Positions 25,245 through 38,428 of a DNA stretch of 64,000 nt are shown here, piece after piece. Source of the stretch: Hormiphora californensis (Eukaryota; Animalia; Ctenophora); assembly GCA_020137815.1 (NCBI GenBank), contig CM035353.1:5208001-5272000 (forward strand), written 5' to 3'. The position numbers and the translations under genes were made by a program. Under the pieces are notes generated by a model, which searched no databases, was not told where the DNA came from, and was given only the letters and a program-made list of their open reading frames with translations. Positions within the stretch are counted from its first letter, which is position 1; each line of letters begins with the position of its first letter.

Positions 25245-25972
25245 AGTGAGAGTGGACCGGATCAGAATTGGACAAGTTTGGTGTAGGTGGTAGAGATTAG
25301 CTTTCTGAGCATTTTGCGTTTTTGCCGCTCAAAATCGACCCACCCATCACTGAGATATTTTTGTTACGCACAAGTTACAGATTGCTACCCTGATATCAGG
25401 GGGACGCTCCCTGATATCAGGGCACGGCGCGTTCCTGCATGCCCGGCCATCATGATGCCCGGGCACACAGATGGTTCTGTGGGAACCATGTGACATTGCT
25501 GCGCGTCACGTAAACTGAATGGAAAGTAGTACTGACGCGCACCGTCAGCACTCACTTGCTTGCCGACCTTGGGAACTGCCGAGCTTGGGAACTGATGCCT
25601 GGGAATCTCTAACTGGTGCCTTATGTTGGGAGAATTTCTGCTGGATCAATATTTATCAAACAGGATAGAAACAATCCTTGTGTTTTACTAACACATTCTT
25701 TAAATTTTCAATATGCTAACTTGCATTGTTCTGCTTCTGTGCATGAACATGTCAACCTTACTGCTTATATTCAGAATGTGTTAGGAAAACATGACGATTG
25801 TTTCTATTCTGTTTTTTACATACTGATTAAACAGGAGTTCTCCCAACATAACAAAAATATCTCAGTGATGGGTGGGTCGATTTTGAGCGGCAAAAACGCA
25901 TTATACTCAGAGAGCTAATCTCTCTACTACCTACAACAAACTTGTCAAATTCTGATTCGGTCCACTCTCACT
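25245..25972. mobile_element. Non-autonomous Kolobok-type element, TTAA TSD; relatives at ~12830..13571 and ~50527..51166
   Basis: TTAA|AGTGAGAGTGGACC...GGTCCACTCTCACT|TTAA. It contains a TTA-flanked Harbinger-like insert at ~25367-25620. Confidence 0.8.
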
Positions 25973-27499
25973 TTAACACATTGTTATTTACTGGATTAAT
26001 CGCGGATTAGTAAACAGTAAATACAACATGCACCGACTGATTAACCTAATGCTATTATTGGGGATAATAATCCCTATAAACTTGAGCGAAATAAATGAAT
26101 CAGTGAGCAGATGCAGAGGTGGAACTGCATGTGTAATCAATAGCTTTGATACGAATCCAACAACCAAGTATCAAAACACCTCTGGTATCTGTGAATTGAT
26201 AAATGTCGTTGTTGATATCCTTTGGAGGGGTGCACTGGAAGCTGCGGGGCAACCGGGAATGAGAATGCTGATAGACGGTCTGTAAGAAGTGGCAGATTTG
26301 ATAAGATCGAAGACCAAATGGATTTTATTTTTCAGGTAACAGTGGTCATCCGACATAATCCGACATAATAATAGTTTGGTACATAACAAAAATGGACAGA
26401 GACATTTTTTCCCTGCCCGGGTGGATGCCCGAAGGGCATCCACCCGGATGATCGTTTTAGCACGTGTGCTAAAAAGATCATAAAGGGTTTAGAAATCTCG
26501 GATTTGAAATAGTAACTCGAGCGTGGCCAAATCGCGTGTGTCACGGTAGCAGCCTGACAACCGCGATGCTGACAATTTTGAAAAGTTCGTCCGCAAAGTT
26601 ATTTCACTACGGATTGTGGTGGCGCGCGCTCAAAATTTGCTGCGCGCGGCGCTCTCAATGCAGCGTTGTTGGTCTCACACCTCGCACGTTACAGCATGGC
26701 GCCGCTACTAGCGCTCGAATGGATTTAACTTCTTAATCAATCTGATCGAAACTAAAAGCTCAGCTCGTTAGTATGGAGACTGACGGAACGTGAGAAGTTC
26801 CCATGCATAGCTTAGCTTAGTGTCACATAACATTGTAATTAGGCGTTGGCGTCGCGAGGATCAGATCACATTGCACGGTATCATCTAGTGTGGGCGACGC
26901 TCAGAGATCTCATCGCAGATCGCTTATCAGTGAATGTGATCGGTTTGAGTATTCGTTGACCAAGATGCTGCCATGCTGCAAAAACTCCCTACTGATTTGG
27001 TCAAACAGGCGGCAATTCATTCGTGGTGGAACAAATACATAATTAAAATATTGATTGCTAAGTTTACTAATATATTATACCAAAACTAAATGAAATCAGT
27101 AAAAGAAGTCCCCCCAAAATTTCTGATCGCAAATATTAGCGGAGAAAAGAATGTTTATTCTAGAGGAACCTGACGTCCCAAAACGCGGTGTCTAAGAAAG
27201 TCAGGTAGTGTGGCTTTTCAGAAGCCAAACTTCCGACATCTGGCAACACGCTGGTGCTGAAATTGTCCAGCTGATTTCTGATTTCGTATGTGATCGTCAA
27301 GATGACAATTTGCTGAGTCGTCTCGAGAGTCAGTATCTGACTGACTAAGTTGAACCCCCACAACACCACAGCATCGGCCCGAAATCTAGAGAAAGATTCA
27401 AGTGTGACATGAAAGAGTTGATGAACAAGCTACCTAATGTGTTCATATCCCCTAAGTTAACCCGTTTGAACGATGGACTCAGTTTTGATGATGAAAAAG

Positions 27500-28650
27500 G
27501 TAGTGTGGCTCTTCAGATACAAACTGAGAGATGGGAGGAAAGCAAGTGAAACATTTGTCAAAACTCGACTTGTAGAAAGAACAGTCCCAATGAAGATTGC
27601 AGCATACCCGAGCCGGATAAAATGAAAATTTAAATTATCTAGCAAATACCCTGTGAAAACATATTATAATAACTGCTGAAAATTAGTTAATTAATTTAGA
27701 ATAGAAGATGGGTTTCAGAATTTGCTACGGTTTCTGAACTGGGTTGCGGAGAGGGCAGGAGTGGGTTTGTGAAGGACCCAAGGACATTATAGTTACGCTG
27801 ATGACAGTTTACTGGTCTTCTGACATCAACCAGTCCGAAGGAAAACCAGTCCGAAGGAAAACGACTCGAACAGAAGAGTCAGTAAAAATATTTGGGAGTC
27901 ATTCTAGATCTATCATCTACTATAGAGGAGACTGGAATTGCAGAAAGGCAATCTCTGCCCGAAACAAGAGTATGACCAATCTACTGAGGGGATATATATG
28001 GAATCTCAATTGACGTCCGGAACCTCTCAAAGTCCATCCGGAAAAATTTGAATGGGCCCTTGCTGAGAGGTACCCAGTCATCAAGCCGTGGATAAATGAC
28101 ATCGTCAACCATTTCTGGTGGGCGGCCAACAACTGTGGTGGAGACAGAGAAGTCCTGCTGGAATTCTGTCACTCCTGCTTGCTCCACGTTATCAGAGTGC
28201 ATGATTAGAGTCCTGGAAGTATAGGGTCAGCTGATCAGAAAACCGCCTGAGAAGGTGTTAAAATATGGACACCCTGCTACGACTATGAATTAAGCACGCT
28301 TTGTTGTGGCTATGAGCAAGAAGGCTGTACAGAAGGATACCGGCGATAGATAGATAGATAGATAGGATACCGGCGACGTTGTTGACATTGATTACTATCG
28401 AGTCACTCTACCAGTGGACCGCGAGAATGGACACCGCTATAGCAAAGCAACAGCCTGCTATTCAATAAGAGACAAGAACATCTATGACAACTCAGAGGTC
28501 CTTGACGAGGTGTTTGATCTGTCCGTGGATGAATATCCCGAGGAACTGCAGATCTCCCATCGAAGAAGGTTGTCGATGACTAAATCCCAGGAGACCTCTC
28601 TGACACCTTCCACGAAACTCGTTTCAGCAGAGTCTCGAATGGGCAAATGA
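27500..28650 (+). pseudogene. Decayed Kolobok-type (KolobokP-like) DDE transposase remnant
   Basis: Manual translation across frameshifts gives 'ISIDVRNLSKSIRKNL' (~28004-28050; cf. H.FDVWH.AKS.KKKL), 'IKPWINDIVNHFWWAANNCGGDREVLLEFCHSCLLHVIRVH' (~28080-28202) and C-terminal 'KLVSAESRMGK'. Boundaries are approximate. Confidence 0.6.
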
Positions 28651-28807
28651 GACAACTCCATTACGTAAAGAAGATTAGAACATATATAATCAGTGAGCAG
28701 CTTTTTAAATAACCATACATTTCTTGAATTTGGGGAGAGTAAAGAAATGATTTTTAGCTCATGGACAACACCAGTATAATGAGCTATCTATGGAGAGGGA
28801 GGGCAGG

Positions 28808-28998
28808 ATTAGAGGAAGCGCTGGCCCGGATACAGAGAGCAAGAGGGAACTCCGTGGAGGAACGGGCAGCATTAGAGGAAGCGCTGGCCCGGATACAGAT
28901 CGAGCAAGAGGGAACTCCGTGGAGGAACGGGCAGCATTAGAGGAAGCGCTGGCCCGGATACAGATCGAGCAAGAGGGAACTCCGTGGAGGAACGGGCA
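28808..28998. repeat. ~65-bp tandem repeat, 3 copies
   Basis: attagaggaagcgctggcccggatacaga...ggaggaacgggcagc occurs three times. Confidence 0.85.
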
Positions 28999-29618
28999 TC
29001 TGCATACCCCGACAGAGCTGCACAGATGTGCTGGTAGTGTGGAAGGAGTTGTTGTAAGTTTGCAATTGATAATTGTTTATTACACCTCGCCGTGGCCCTA
29101 TATCCTTTCATTTTCTCAAATCTTAGTCTCCCTGAATTAACCCAAAACGTCTTTTGTTAGTCACGGGTCTTAGCGGGTGGGATGATCAAGGCACGGCACA
29201 AGTGTGCTTGTAAGTTTCATTAATATGTACCTGTGTTATTATTCATTTTCTCCTGATGGATCAATCAATCTCAACAATTATTTCCCCCAACCTATTTCAT
29301 ACTCATTATAACAATTTAATCCTGTTTTTCCACCAGATGTTACTATGTTATGTTTGGATGTATTTTATCTACAAATTACATTTGAGTGTGAGAACATGGG
29401 GGGCACACCTGCCAACAGCAAGAGGATAAAGGTATTATTCCCTGTTCCTATTTATCCGGCTCCTGGAGGATAGGACCACCCGGCCCACGGAAAACCTCCT
29501 CCTCGCAACGGAGATCATCGCAGAGCAGGCTGTCACCCTGACCACTGTGACGAGGAAGGGACGTAGCAAGTGTGGCGTGGTGAAATCTTATTTTATTTTG
29601 GGCTCGATTTTGTACATA

Positions 29619-30181
29619 CCGTGTGGGGCAATAAAAATGCCCCCCCAAGTCTACCATAGTTCCAGATATCGTGGAGCGCTAAAATTTGGCACAGTAACTC
29701 TATGTGTACCAATACAGGGTAATGTGATTCGAGGAAAGAGGACATTTATCAAAGAGCTACAGATCTCATGACCAATCAGCATCGTCATCCCTCATTAGTA
29801 GCCGTGATACGTGATTCTCTACCACTTAGACCGATTCGTAATACTGAACACTCAACGATTCGGTGAAGATCACATGACCTGACTAACTTTAAGAAAGATG
29901 ACACTGTGTATCTTGTGGTTGCCCAATTTAGATGATCTTGGTCACATTGGAAAGCTAATCGATGGCCAAAGATAATTGCTTGAATTCTGGACCGAAAATA
30001 TTTTTTTCTTGGAATGAATGACAATGTTCATTCCTATCAAAAAAATGAATTTTGAGCTAGAGGTCTGAAATTTTGGTCAAGTTATTTATTTGTCTCATAG
30101 AGTTACTGTACCAAATTTTAGCGCTCCAAGATATCTGGAAATATGGTAGACTTGGGGGGGCATTTTTATTGCCCCACACGG
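29619..30181. mobile_element. TA-flanked MITE (Tc1/mariner-like)
   Basis: TA|CCGTGTGGGGCAATAAAAATG...CATTTTTATTGCCCCACACGG|TA. Confidence 0.8.
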
Positions 30182-30345
30182 TATTTATGTTATTTATTCA
30201 TTTTACTTTATTTCTTTCCGAGTTTTGGGTAGACGGTTCGTGTGAGACTGGCATCACCCGCATTTAATATATTATGTAAAAACAACTTGTTTACTTCAAT
30301 AATCAATAATTATTTATTAGAAATTAGGCTACATTAGACAATATT

Positions 30346-30894
30346 GGGGGGGTCCAGCCCTAAAAAAAGCTAAGCTAACGGCCAAAATCAGGGTACCTTT
30401 AGCTTTTTTTAGCTTTATTTAGCTTTTTTTAGCTTTTTTAAGGCTAAAAAAAGCTAAAAAAAGCTAAAAAAAGCTAAAATTGAGTTTTTAGTGGATTCAT
30501 ATAGGTTCGAATCCCGCTGACGCCAAATTTTTTAAACTTTTATTATAACGTTTTATAACGTTTTTTGAACTTTTTTAAAACTATTTTTATCAAATTTGAA
30601 TAATATTTTTATCGAAAAAATGTCTCCAGAAAATGGCAGTAGGGGTGGATACAGAAATTGCTATGTATGGACATAAACGGTAGATTATGGTAAAAAATGT
30701 GCAGGAAATGAACAAATGCAGTCAATAGACGTCCGGAAGGATGAAAATTTAATGGAAAAGTGTCAAGATGAATGCTGAAAAAACATAAAAAGTAGGGCTA
30801 AAAAAAGCTAAAAAAAGCTAAAAAAAGCTAAAATAAAAAACGCTATCGACCAAAATCAGGGTACCTTTAGCTTTTTTTAGGGCTGGACCCCCCC
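30346..30894. mobile_element. Poly-G-terminal TIR element, 7-bp TSD CAATATT
   Basis: G7-TCCAGCCCTAAAAAAAGCTAA...TTAGCTTTTTTTAGGGCTGGA-C7 with internal (AAAAAAGCTA)n arrays. Confidence 0.8.
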
Positions 30895-32080
30895 CAATAT
30901 TACTGAAAATTTCTCAGTGTCGGGGGAATTGATAACGTTACATTCCAGCAACCAGACCTAATCCCACTAGGTTCCACCTATGAAGAACGAACTGGCAATG
31001 ACAATGGAGGTTCCTCTAACCACTAACTAGCCGACAAACAACTGCCAGTGCAGTGATTAATCATTCAATTATGAAATATCAGACATGAACACGATACACC
31101 AGCTGAAGAAAGAACCGCTTGAAGTGAAAACTCCGCTTCGATCAGAGAAAGTGTGTCGACTCATATTTCTGGACCCTATATAGAATCATGATTTTTACAG
31201 GAAAAGAGGAATTATTTGGTCACAAGAACCAAATAAAGAAAGAGAGAGGTTCGAGCTCGATCAAGCTCAACAAGGAGAGTTCTACAGGGCTAAAGAGAGG
31301 AACGCGAGTAAAAGAGCAAATGACATGATAAATAGGAATATACATACCCGGCATCACATTGAATATCTAATTTATTGATATTAGTCCTTCCGTAAATTCG
31401 AGGGACGGTATTATTTTTATTATTATGTCGAAATTATGTAGACAATTATACATGGTGGCCCACGGATTAGCGAGGTGGAGACTGGAGTTTCAGCCGATTG
31501 GAATCATACTGTGACGTGATGGGACTGGCTCGAAAATCTCGGAGTTCCGAAAGTAGTTAAAGAAAATTAACCCAAATTGGTCGCCACGATATTTTATGAT
31601 CGATAACTGCAGTGCCGACTGCCGAGGTAAAGGGGATCCATGAAGTATTCCCTGGTGTAAACATACTGTACTGCATATTTCATGTAATTTAAAGGTTGAC
31701 AAGTAATTTGTAATGTAACCATTAATTACACGAGATGAAGATTATTTTGATGAATTATACATTGATGAGCATTGACACTCTGGTCACAATTAGTATTTAA
31801 ACTTGCTCTAGATCTCTCTCCATCATAAATTCACATGGAAGACCAAGAGACTAAATAATGCTAAGAATTTTAAGAAGTATGGTTTATGAAACACTGTCAC
31901 TGAACAGTGAAACAAGAAAACAACAGTGCCACTCAGAGAAACATGAGATATTTCAGTTTTAACGGCGGGAAAGGAGCAGAGACCACGGCGTGCAACTCTC
32001 AGAGCACGCCATATCGATGCGTACTGCGCGCACTCACAATACAGAGAGAAGGTCGGCGCGTTACAGCTGGTCGGGCTAGG

Positions 32081-32389
32081 TCTCTATTATAATTTGGAGA
32101 TGAACGTCGAAGTGGTCGTTCGTTCAGCGGTATCTAAGCGACAGACTGCTCCTTCATAAAACACTTCATATGACCAAAGCTGTAAAGCTGCTGTTCACAC
32201 TTTTGGAACTTCCAATGGATGTTTGTTAATATTTTCGAATGACTTTTAACATGCCAGTCCCCATAGTTACCAATTCAGTTGCCATGGCAACCGTGTTATT
32301 GCCTTGAAAGGGGCGAAAAGAACCACCCGGCGAAGCCGGGTGGGTTATGAAAAGGCCCTAATTTGAGGCGCACCCAATGGGTGCGCTAG
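32081..32389 (+). mobile_element. Non-autonomous Helitron
   Basis: Starts 5' TCTCTATTATAATT, has subterminal GC hairpins (cacccggcgaagccgggtg; gcgcacccaatgggtgcgc), ends CTAG followed by T, and has no TSD. Confidence 0.75.
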
Positions 32390-33040
32390 TGGTACTAGAT
32401 TTGGATTGTAATGGCCATTGAAAAACTTAATTTAATGGGATGAAAAAGTAACAGGGACCTATCCATGGCAAATTACCTACATTCTCAATACCTCACTTAC
32501 TCAGGTCTCAGGGTATATATTCTGTTTAAAAGTCAACGGATTTAAACTATAATAAGCGCACTAACATCGAACGCGAAGTGTGTTGTTATAAGCATCACGG
32601 TGACATAACTATAAGGAAATGATACCCTATATTGACCAAAGCAAAATCGGTTGCTTGAGAAGGGGGCTAAATTGGCTCAAAATGATAACACAATTACCAT
32701 ATAACTGTGGGGGTGAGAACTTTCAACTTTGTCCTAATAGAAAATAGAACCGCGGGGCTTTAACAGAATACGTCAAAGAAAGTAAAATAACAAAAGCGGC
32801 CGTATTCTTATATAGTTGCGAAAAGCTTCGTTTGATCGATCGAAGGGATTGCGGCAACCATGTGCCCTATATTTCTTTCATGGTAACATCACAAACATCG
32901 CGTGGAGTTGCTAAATAGTAAATAGAACCGGGTATATTTATAGCCATTACTATTATACTGAAAGTGGAAAGTATATACCCTACTATTGTTTCAAGCGAAC
33001 ATGTAACCACAGGGCCAAATCACACCAAACGAATTTCTAG

Positions 33041-33672
33041 TCTCTATTATAATTTGGAGATGAACGTCGTGGTCGAAGTCGTTCGTTCAGTGCATTTCTA
33101 CGGAAAAGATAGAACAAATTTACAATGTCATGTTATACAACATCTCGCATAATAGATAGAAATAGGTTATACTAATAACGTGATTTATAAAAGGAATAGA
33201 GGTACTAAATTCATATCTATTAGATCAGGATAGAATGGGAGAGACCCTCGGTAGCCTCGAATTTGAATTAGTACTGATTTGAGGATGCAAAATGATAATC
33301 GTAATCTAATGTATCTAATGGCGTCATTGTAGCTTTGTTTTGACTTAACCGAGTACAGGCCAGCCAGACGCTTGTAGAACCGCTCTGCTTCTGGTCCGAA
33401 TGTTCCGATTGTTGAGAACACCAGTGGCGACAGACTGCTCCTTCATAAAATACTTTATGTGACCAAAGCTGCAAAGCTGTTATTCACACTTTTGGGAGTT
33501 TGTGATTATTTTCAAACAACTTTTAGCGGTTCAGTCTTCATGGGTAGTGGGTACCGATACAGTTGCCATGGCAACAGTAAAATGGTGTCAAATGGGCAAA
33601 AAAGGGTCACCCGGTGAAGCCGGGTGGGTTGTCGAAACCCCTTACTTGAGGCGCACCCGGTGGGTGCGCTAG
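33041..33672 (+). mobile_element. Non-autonomous Helitron of the same family, carrying an internal retroelement fragment
   Basis: Same 5' TC end and same two 3' hairpins plus CTAG|T as 32081..32389, with ~330 bp of extra internal sequence. Confidence 0.75.
33185..33430 (-). mobile_element. 3' fragment of an RLE-type (CRE-like) non-LTR retrotransposon
   Basis: 'PLVFSTIGTFGPEAERFYKRLA...YNDAIRYIRLRLSFCILKS...IRGYR' resembles the C-terminus of restriction-like-endonuclease LINE ORFs. Confidence 0.7.
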
Positions 33673-36358
33673 TTATTTTTATTATTATGTCGAAATTATG
33701 TAGACAATTATACATGGTGGCCCACGGATTAGCGAGGTGGAGACTGGAGGACTCGGAGTTTCAACCGATTGGAATCATACTGTGACGTGATGGGACTGGC
33801 TCGAAAATCTCGGAGTTCCGAAAGTAGTTAAAGAAAATTAACCCAAATTGGTCGCCACGATATTTTATGATCGATAACTGTAGTGCAGAGGTAAAAGGGA
33901 TCCATGAAGTGTTCCCTACATACTCTACTGTATTATAATCCTGATCAGATCTCATTAATTACACGAGATGAAGATTATTTTGGTGAATTATACATATAAT
34001 TAACAACGATGAGCATTGTCACAATTAGTATTTAAACTTGCTCTAGATCTCTCTCCATCATAAATTCACATGGAAGACCAAGCGACTAAATAATGCTAAG
34101 AATTTAAGAAGTGTGGTTTACGAAACACTGCCACTGAACAGTTGCAGTGAAACAAGAAAACAACAGTGCCACTCAGAGAAACATGAGATATTTCAGTTTG
34201 AACGGCGGGAAAGGAGCAGAGACCACGGCGTGCAACTCTCAGAGCACGCCATATCGATGCGTACTGCGCGCACTCACAATACAGAGAGAAGGTCGGCGCG
34301 TTACAGCTGGTCGGGCTAGGTCAAAGTGGGACAGAAGTTGGGCCACATGGGAAGAGATGAAAACATTGTGGCCAGCAAGTTCGAACAATTGGGACTCCTA
34401 CAAGAAGGAAGTGGCGTTTAAAAAATAATTTCCAGTAATTATCGTTACCAACATCTCCGAACATGACTGTTGCATGCAGGACAGACTGCACAAAGAGTCA
34501 ACCCCTAGTGAACACCTTAAAATCCACTACAGGACTAATCAACATTAATGCCACTGTGAAATTTGGTTCTCTTGGAAAGTCCGATGGTAAGACACAGAAG
34601 AGGAAGAACCTGGGATGAACTGCTATCCCTGTTTCCTGATAAAGACTGGCAGGGGGAGATACGGAACCAGGCACAAAGTGGCCTAAGGCCGTTTTCAGGG
34701 AAGTGAGGGGTGGGCACCCCCACACCCCCCGGTAGATCCACCCCTGGGGAGAAGTGACAAGAAGATATGCTGTGGATCTCCTACAGAGGCGAAGACCAGT
34801 CTGCTGGAGGGATGGGCGCCACAGCTGCCCCCACTGGACCTTCCTACACTCAGGCCCCTTGTAATCACGGGCGACCTGCGAGAGAGATGTTATGGAGGTG
34901 GAGACTAACATGAAGGAGGCAATGAATTGATTGGGGGCACATATGATGGAGAAATAACAGTGGCCAATGTAAGTTGTAGTCTATAGATTATCAGTGCTAA
35001 CTGCTAAGTAGTATTCACAATCCACATTAAATTCTCAAGTGAAATTACAGAAAACCTAATTTGTCTTTCTTCAGATCTCAGAACACTTTACTGTGAAGGA
35101 GCCCGGGAGAGATTTGATACAGTTCTGGTGCAGTGCCCATGTAATGCAGGCGATTTTGGACAAAGCCCTGGCCCCACATGGACTCATCGTGGCTAGTCTT
35201 AAGACAATAGATCAGGTGCCAGAGTTCTACAGGTAAATATGTAAGACCTAGACAGTTTCATTAGACATGATCAGTGATCCCTTGACCTTGTCATTACCAA
35301 TTCGTCATTATTAACATAGATTATAACTCATAACTCTCTCTAATCTCTATCTCCCACTCCAATAGGACGTCCTCTGCAAATCTGAAGGAGCTGCTAGCCC
35401 ACCTCCTCCGTCATCGTACAGCGTCGGTTGAGCGCTATGACGGAGCACAACGGTACCATTTATTTTCCCTTTTTTCCAATCTGCCCTTTGATTTTACCCT
35501 CTGTTTTAATCTACTCAAAGAAAGGTTACCCTATTGCAATATATATCGTCAATACTAATATTGGTAACAAGCAAGAGGAAGTACTCTAGCAGCTCTCACT
35601 TCTTCACAATCGCCATACAATACGTTTTTAGTGCACTTGACTGCCATGTTGATGTTGCCGTGTTTTCTCTTACTTCTACAAGTAGTCAATACCACCAACC
35701 CTGCTACTAAAGTGTGTGATATTGATCAATGCAGGAAATTATTCACACCTGGAGAACCTCTACCGGCGGGATCCCTAACCAATGGAAGCGTACTGATACC
35801 TGTAGGTGACAGATGCAGTATCGAGCTACATGTTACAACAAGTACCTATATGTTACTACTACTACTAGTAGTAGTAGTACCTATATGTTCCTCCGGTTAT
35901 ACATGGACAATTCGAAGGCATATCTGACATATAACAATTTTAAACTGTCCTATAGCTATTTACCTATAATCTATATACAATGATACAAATATATTCATAC
36001 AAACCGCATTGGTGTTTTAGCAGAAAATGGCGAAAAGATACCAGTCCTTAAAATACAGCTATGATAAGCAGCACCACAAATGTGATGAACCACCACCAAG
36101 AAAGCTTTGAGTATAAATTGGTTGGGTATCGTATTAAAAATTATTACACTGAATATTACGTACACACGGCCAACATGGTCTTTAACCATATAAGCCTCAT
36201 ATTGTAAGTCCTTTATGGAGCGTAGAGTCCTACTTCAATTCCGAAAGCGTGAACTGTGAAGATTCATGATTTTGTAGGTTAATTCTGATTTATTTTGTAG
36301 TGGTACAGTCGGACCCCGATTTAACGGCACCCTCGGGGGAAAGGATTTTGTCCGTTAA

Positions 36359-37003
36359 AGTAAAACTTAGTGGATGAACGGGGAGTACCACCAGGACCAT
36401 TGGTATAGGTATCGAAAATTTCCAATTCTGTCTCGTTCATTAGTTATGACGTAATATGTTCATTATTTCAACTTTCATAAAATTGCTCTACAGAAAAATC
36501 TGTGCATTGTGGATTGAAATGGATGCTCGCATCGTGTTCAGCGTCAAAAAATAGTCGGGGTACCAAATTTTGGTGTCTCTACCTTGTCTGTGACGCGAGA
36601 TATTGACAAATATAAAAAACGACCAAAGTGGGAGAAAGAGAGTTTGTTACTTTTGGGTGGCGCGCACAAACAACTAGCACCCAAAAGTAACAATCTCTCT
36701 CTCACCCATTTTGGTCGTTTTTGATAATTAACGATATCTCGCGTCACAGACAAGGTAGAGACACCAAAATTTGGTACCCCGACTATTTTTTGACGCTGAA
36801 CACGATGCGAGCATCCATTTCAATCCACAATGCACAGATTTTTCTGTAGAGCAATTTTATGAAAGTTGAAATAATGAACATATTACGTCACAACTAATGA
36901 ACGAGACAGAATTGGAAATTTTCGATACCGTACCAATGGTCCTGGTGGTACTCCCCGTTCATCCACTAAGTTTTGTGAGAAAACACGGCGCGCCACTCTT
37001 ACT
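36359..37003. mobile_element. TTAA-flanked (Kolobok-type) element, internally an almost perfect ~610-bp palindrome, nested in a Tc1-type MITE
   Basis: TTAA|AGTAA...TTACT|TTAA. 36362-36660 is the reverse complement of ~36678-36974. Confidence 0.8.
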
Positions 37004-37617
37004 TTAAATCGGGGTGTCCGCTAAAATCTAAATCGGGGTCAAATAATGTTAATTTCCCATATCGGGGGAAGATTATGCTGCCGTTAAATCGGGGTGCCGC
37101 TAAATCGGGGGCCGTTAAATCGGGGTCCGACTGTACTGTTTTATTGATTCATTTTGTTTTTAAAGAACATGTACATACTGTTATTGCAACATCAACTTTT
37201 TAAAACTTTTCTTTTAGTTCTCTTTTTGGACAAAAACTGTGAATCTTTATATCGTGTGACGTATCTGTGTGTTTTTTGCATTTTAACATCTTTTACACAA
37301 CCCCTGGTCTTAATCCCTGTATATTTTAATTGTATTTTCCCCGCCCGTATGCCTTTTTACAAACACAATAAACATCTTCTATAGGATAACACATATACCT
37401 AATATTTCATTTCCATTTTTTGTCATCTTTAGAAAGATCTTTCTTTCGTCAAAAAACATCTTTTTCTGAGTACTGGTAAATCTTTGTTTTTCATCTTTTG
37501 AATGTTGTCAGTATTTTATTATTTGATTGTACACTGTATGCATTTCGGAATTTGTTGGTTTGTTAGAATCGTGTCTAGTTTGTCCCAGACCCCAGTTGCA
37601 TACTGTTTTGTGTCCAG

Positions 37618-38428
37618 TAGGGTGTGCTATTTTTCCAATTCCTAATTTAATTCAAAATTTCACTTGGTATCATGTTAAATGAGCTCCTACGATCATTCTA
37701 AAACATTTTATCACAAAGTTTTGGCTCTACCATGGCCCAATTACGTTGGCACGAGCTATGCCCATATATGGGCATATTCATTTCAAAAAGTCTGTTTTAG
37801 GGCGATATTTTGAACAAAACACACATATCAATTGTCTCGTGACAACTTATACAACTGTTACTTTCAGTTTAAGCCTTCAGATATCCACTTTATGAACAAA
37901 AATAAAAAATTTCTCCCTTTTTTTTTCTTGCTAATTTTACCAACTTGCAGAATCGTGGGGACGAATTTTAATTTTTTTAGTTTTTTCTTGGTGGAAAGCA
38001 AATTTCGGTTGTAATCGACTAATTTTGGCCTGCGGAACACGATCCCGTTCATGAAAAAGCTCTCAAAATTGAAGAACATGTCCAAAATGAACATTTTTTG
38101 TCAAAAATGAACATTTTTAGGTCAAAAATGAACTTTAGCATCATTTAATGATGCATATCAATTCCTGTCAGTTTCGAGGTGCTGAACACGATCCTGAACA
38201 TAAAAAGTTGATATCAAGAACATGTCAAAAACTGGTGAAAACCACACATATTTCCCTGTTTTTACCATTTTTCGGTTAAAAACTACACTTTTTAAATCGC
38301 GATGCCAACGTAACTGACAAACACTATTTTGATTCTGTTTTGCTGATGTGATAGAGAATTGTCCATAGTTTCACATTAGCTAGATACTGAATGGCCTAGT
38401 CGAAAAAAAATTGAAATAGCACACCCTA
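37618..38428. mobile_element. Non-autonomous hAT element, 8-bp TSD GTGTCCAG
   Basis: TAGGGTGTGCTATTT...AAATAGCACACCCTA with a perfect 8-bp TSD. Confidence 0.85.

Larger units (their letters stand above)
31410..34322 (+). repeat. ~650-bp diverged direct repeat (31410-32082 and 33673-34322) bracketing two Helitrons
   Basis: Shared sequence runs from ttatttttattattatgtcgaaatt to ggtcgggctaggtc. The ORF track shows paired ORFs (31907/34147; 31490/33761). Confidence 0.85.

Noticed and set aside
28808-28998. Short direct repeats considered as a CRISPR array (also 3980-4068, 63066-63189)
   Set aside because: The repeats are contiguous with no unique spacers, the context is eukaryotic, and there are no cas genes.
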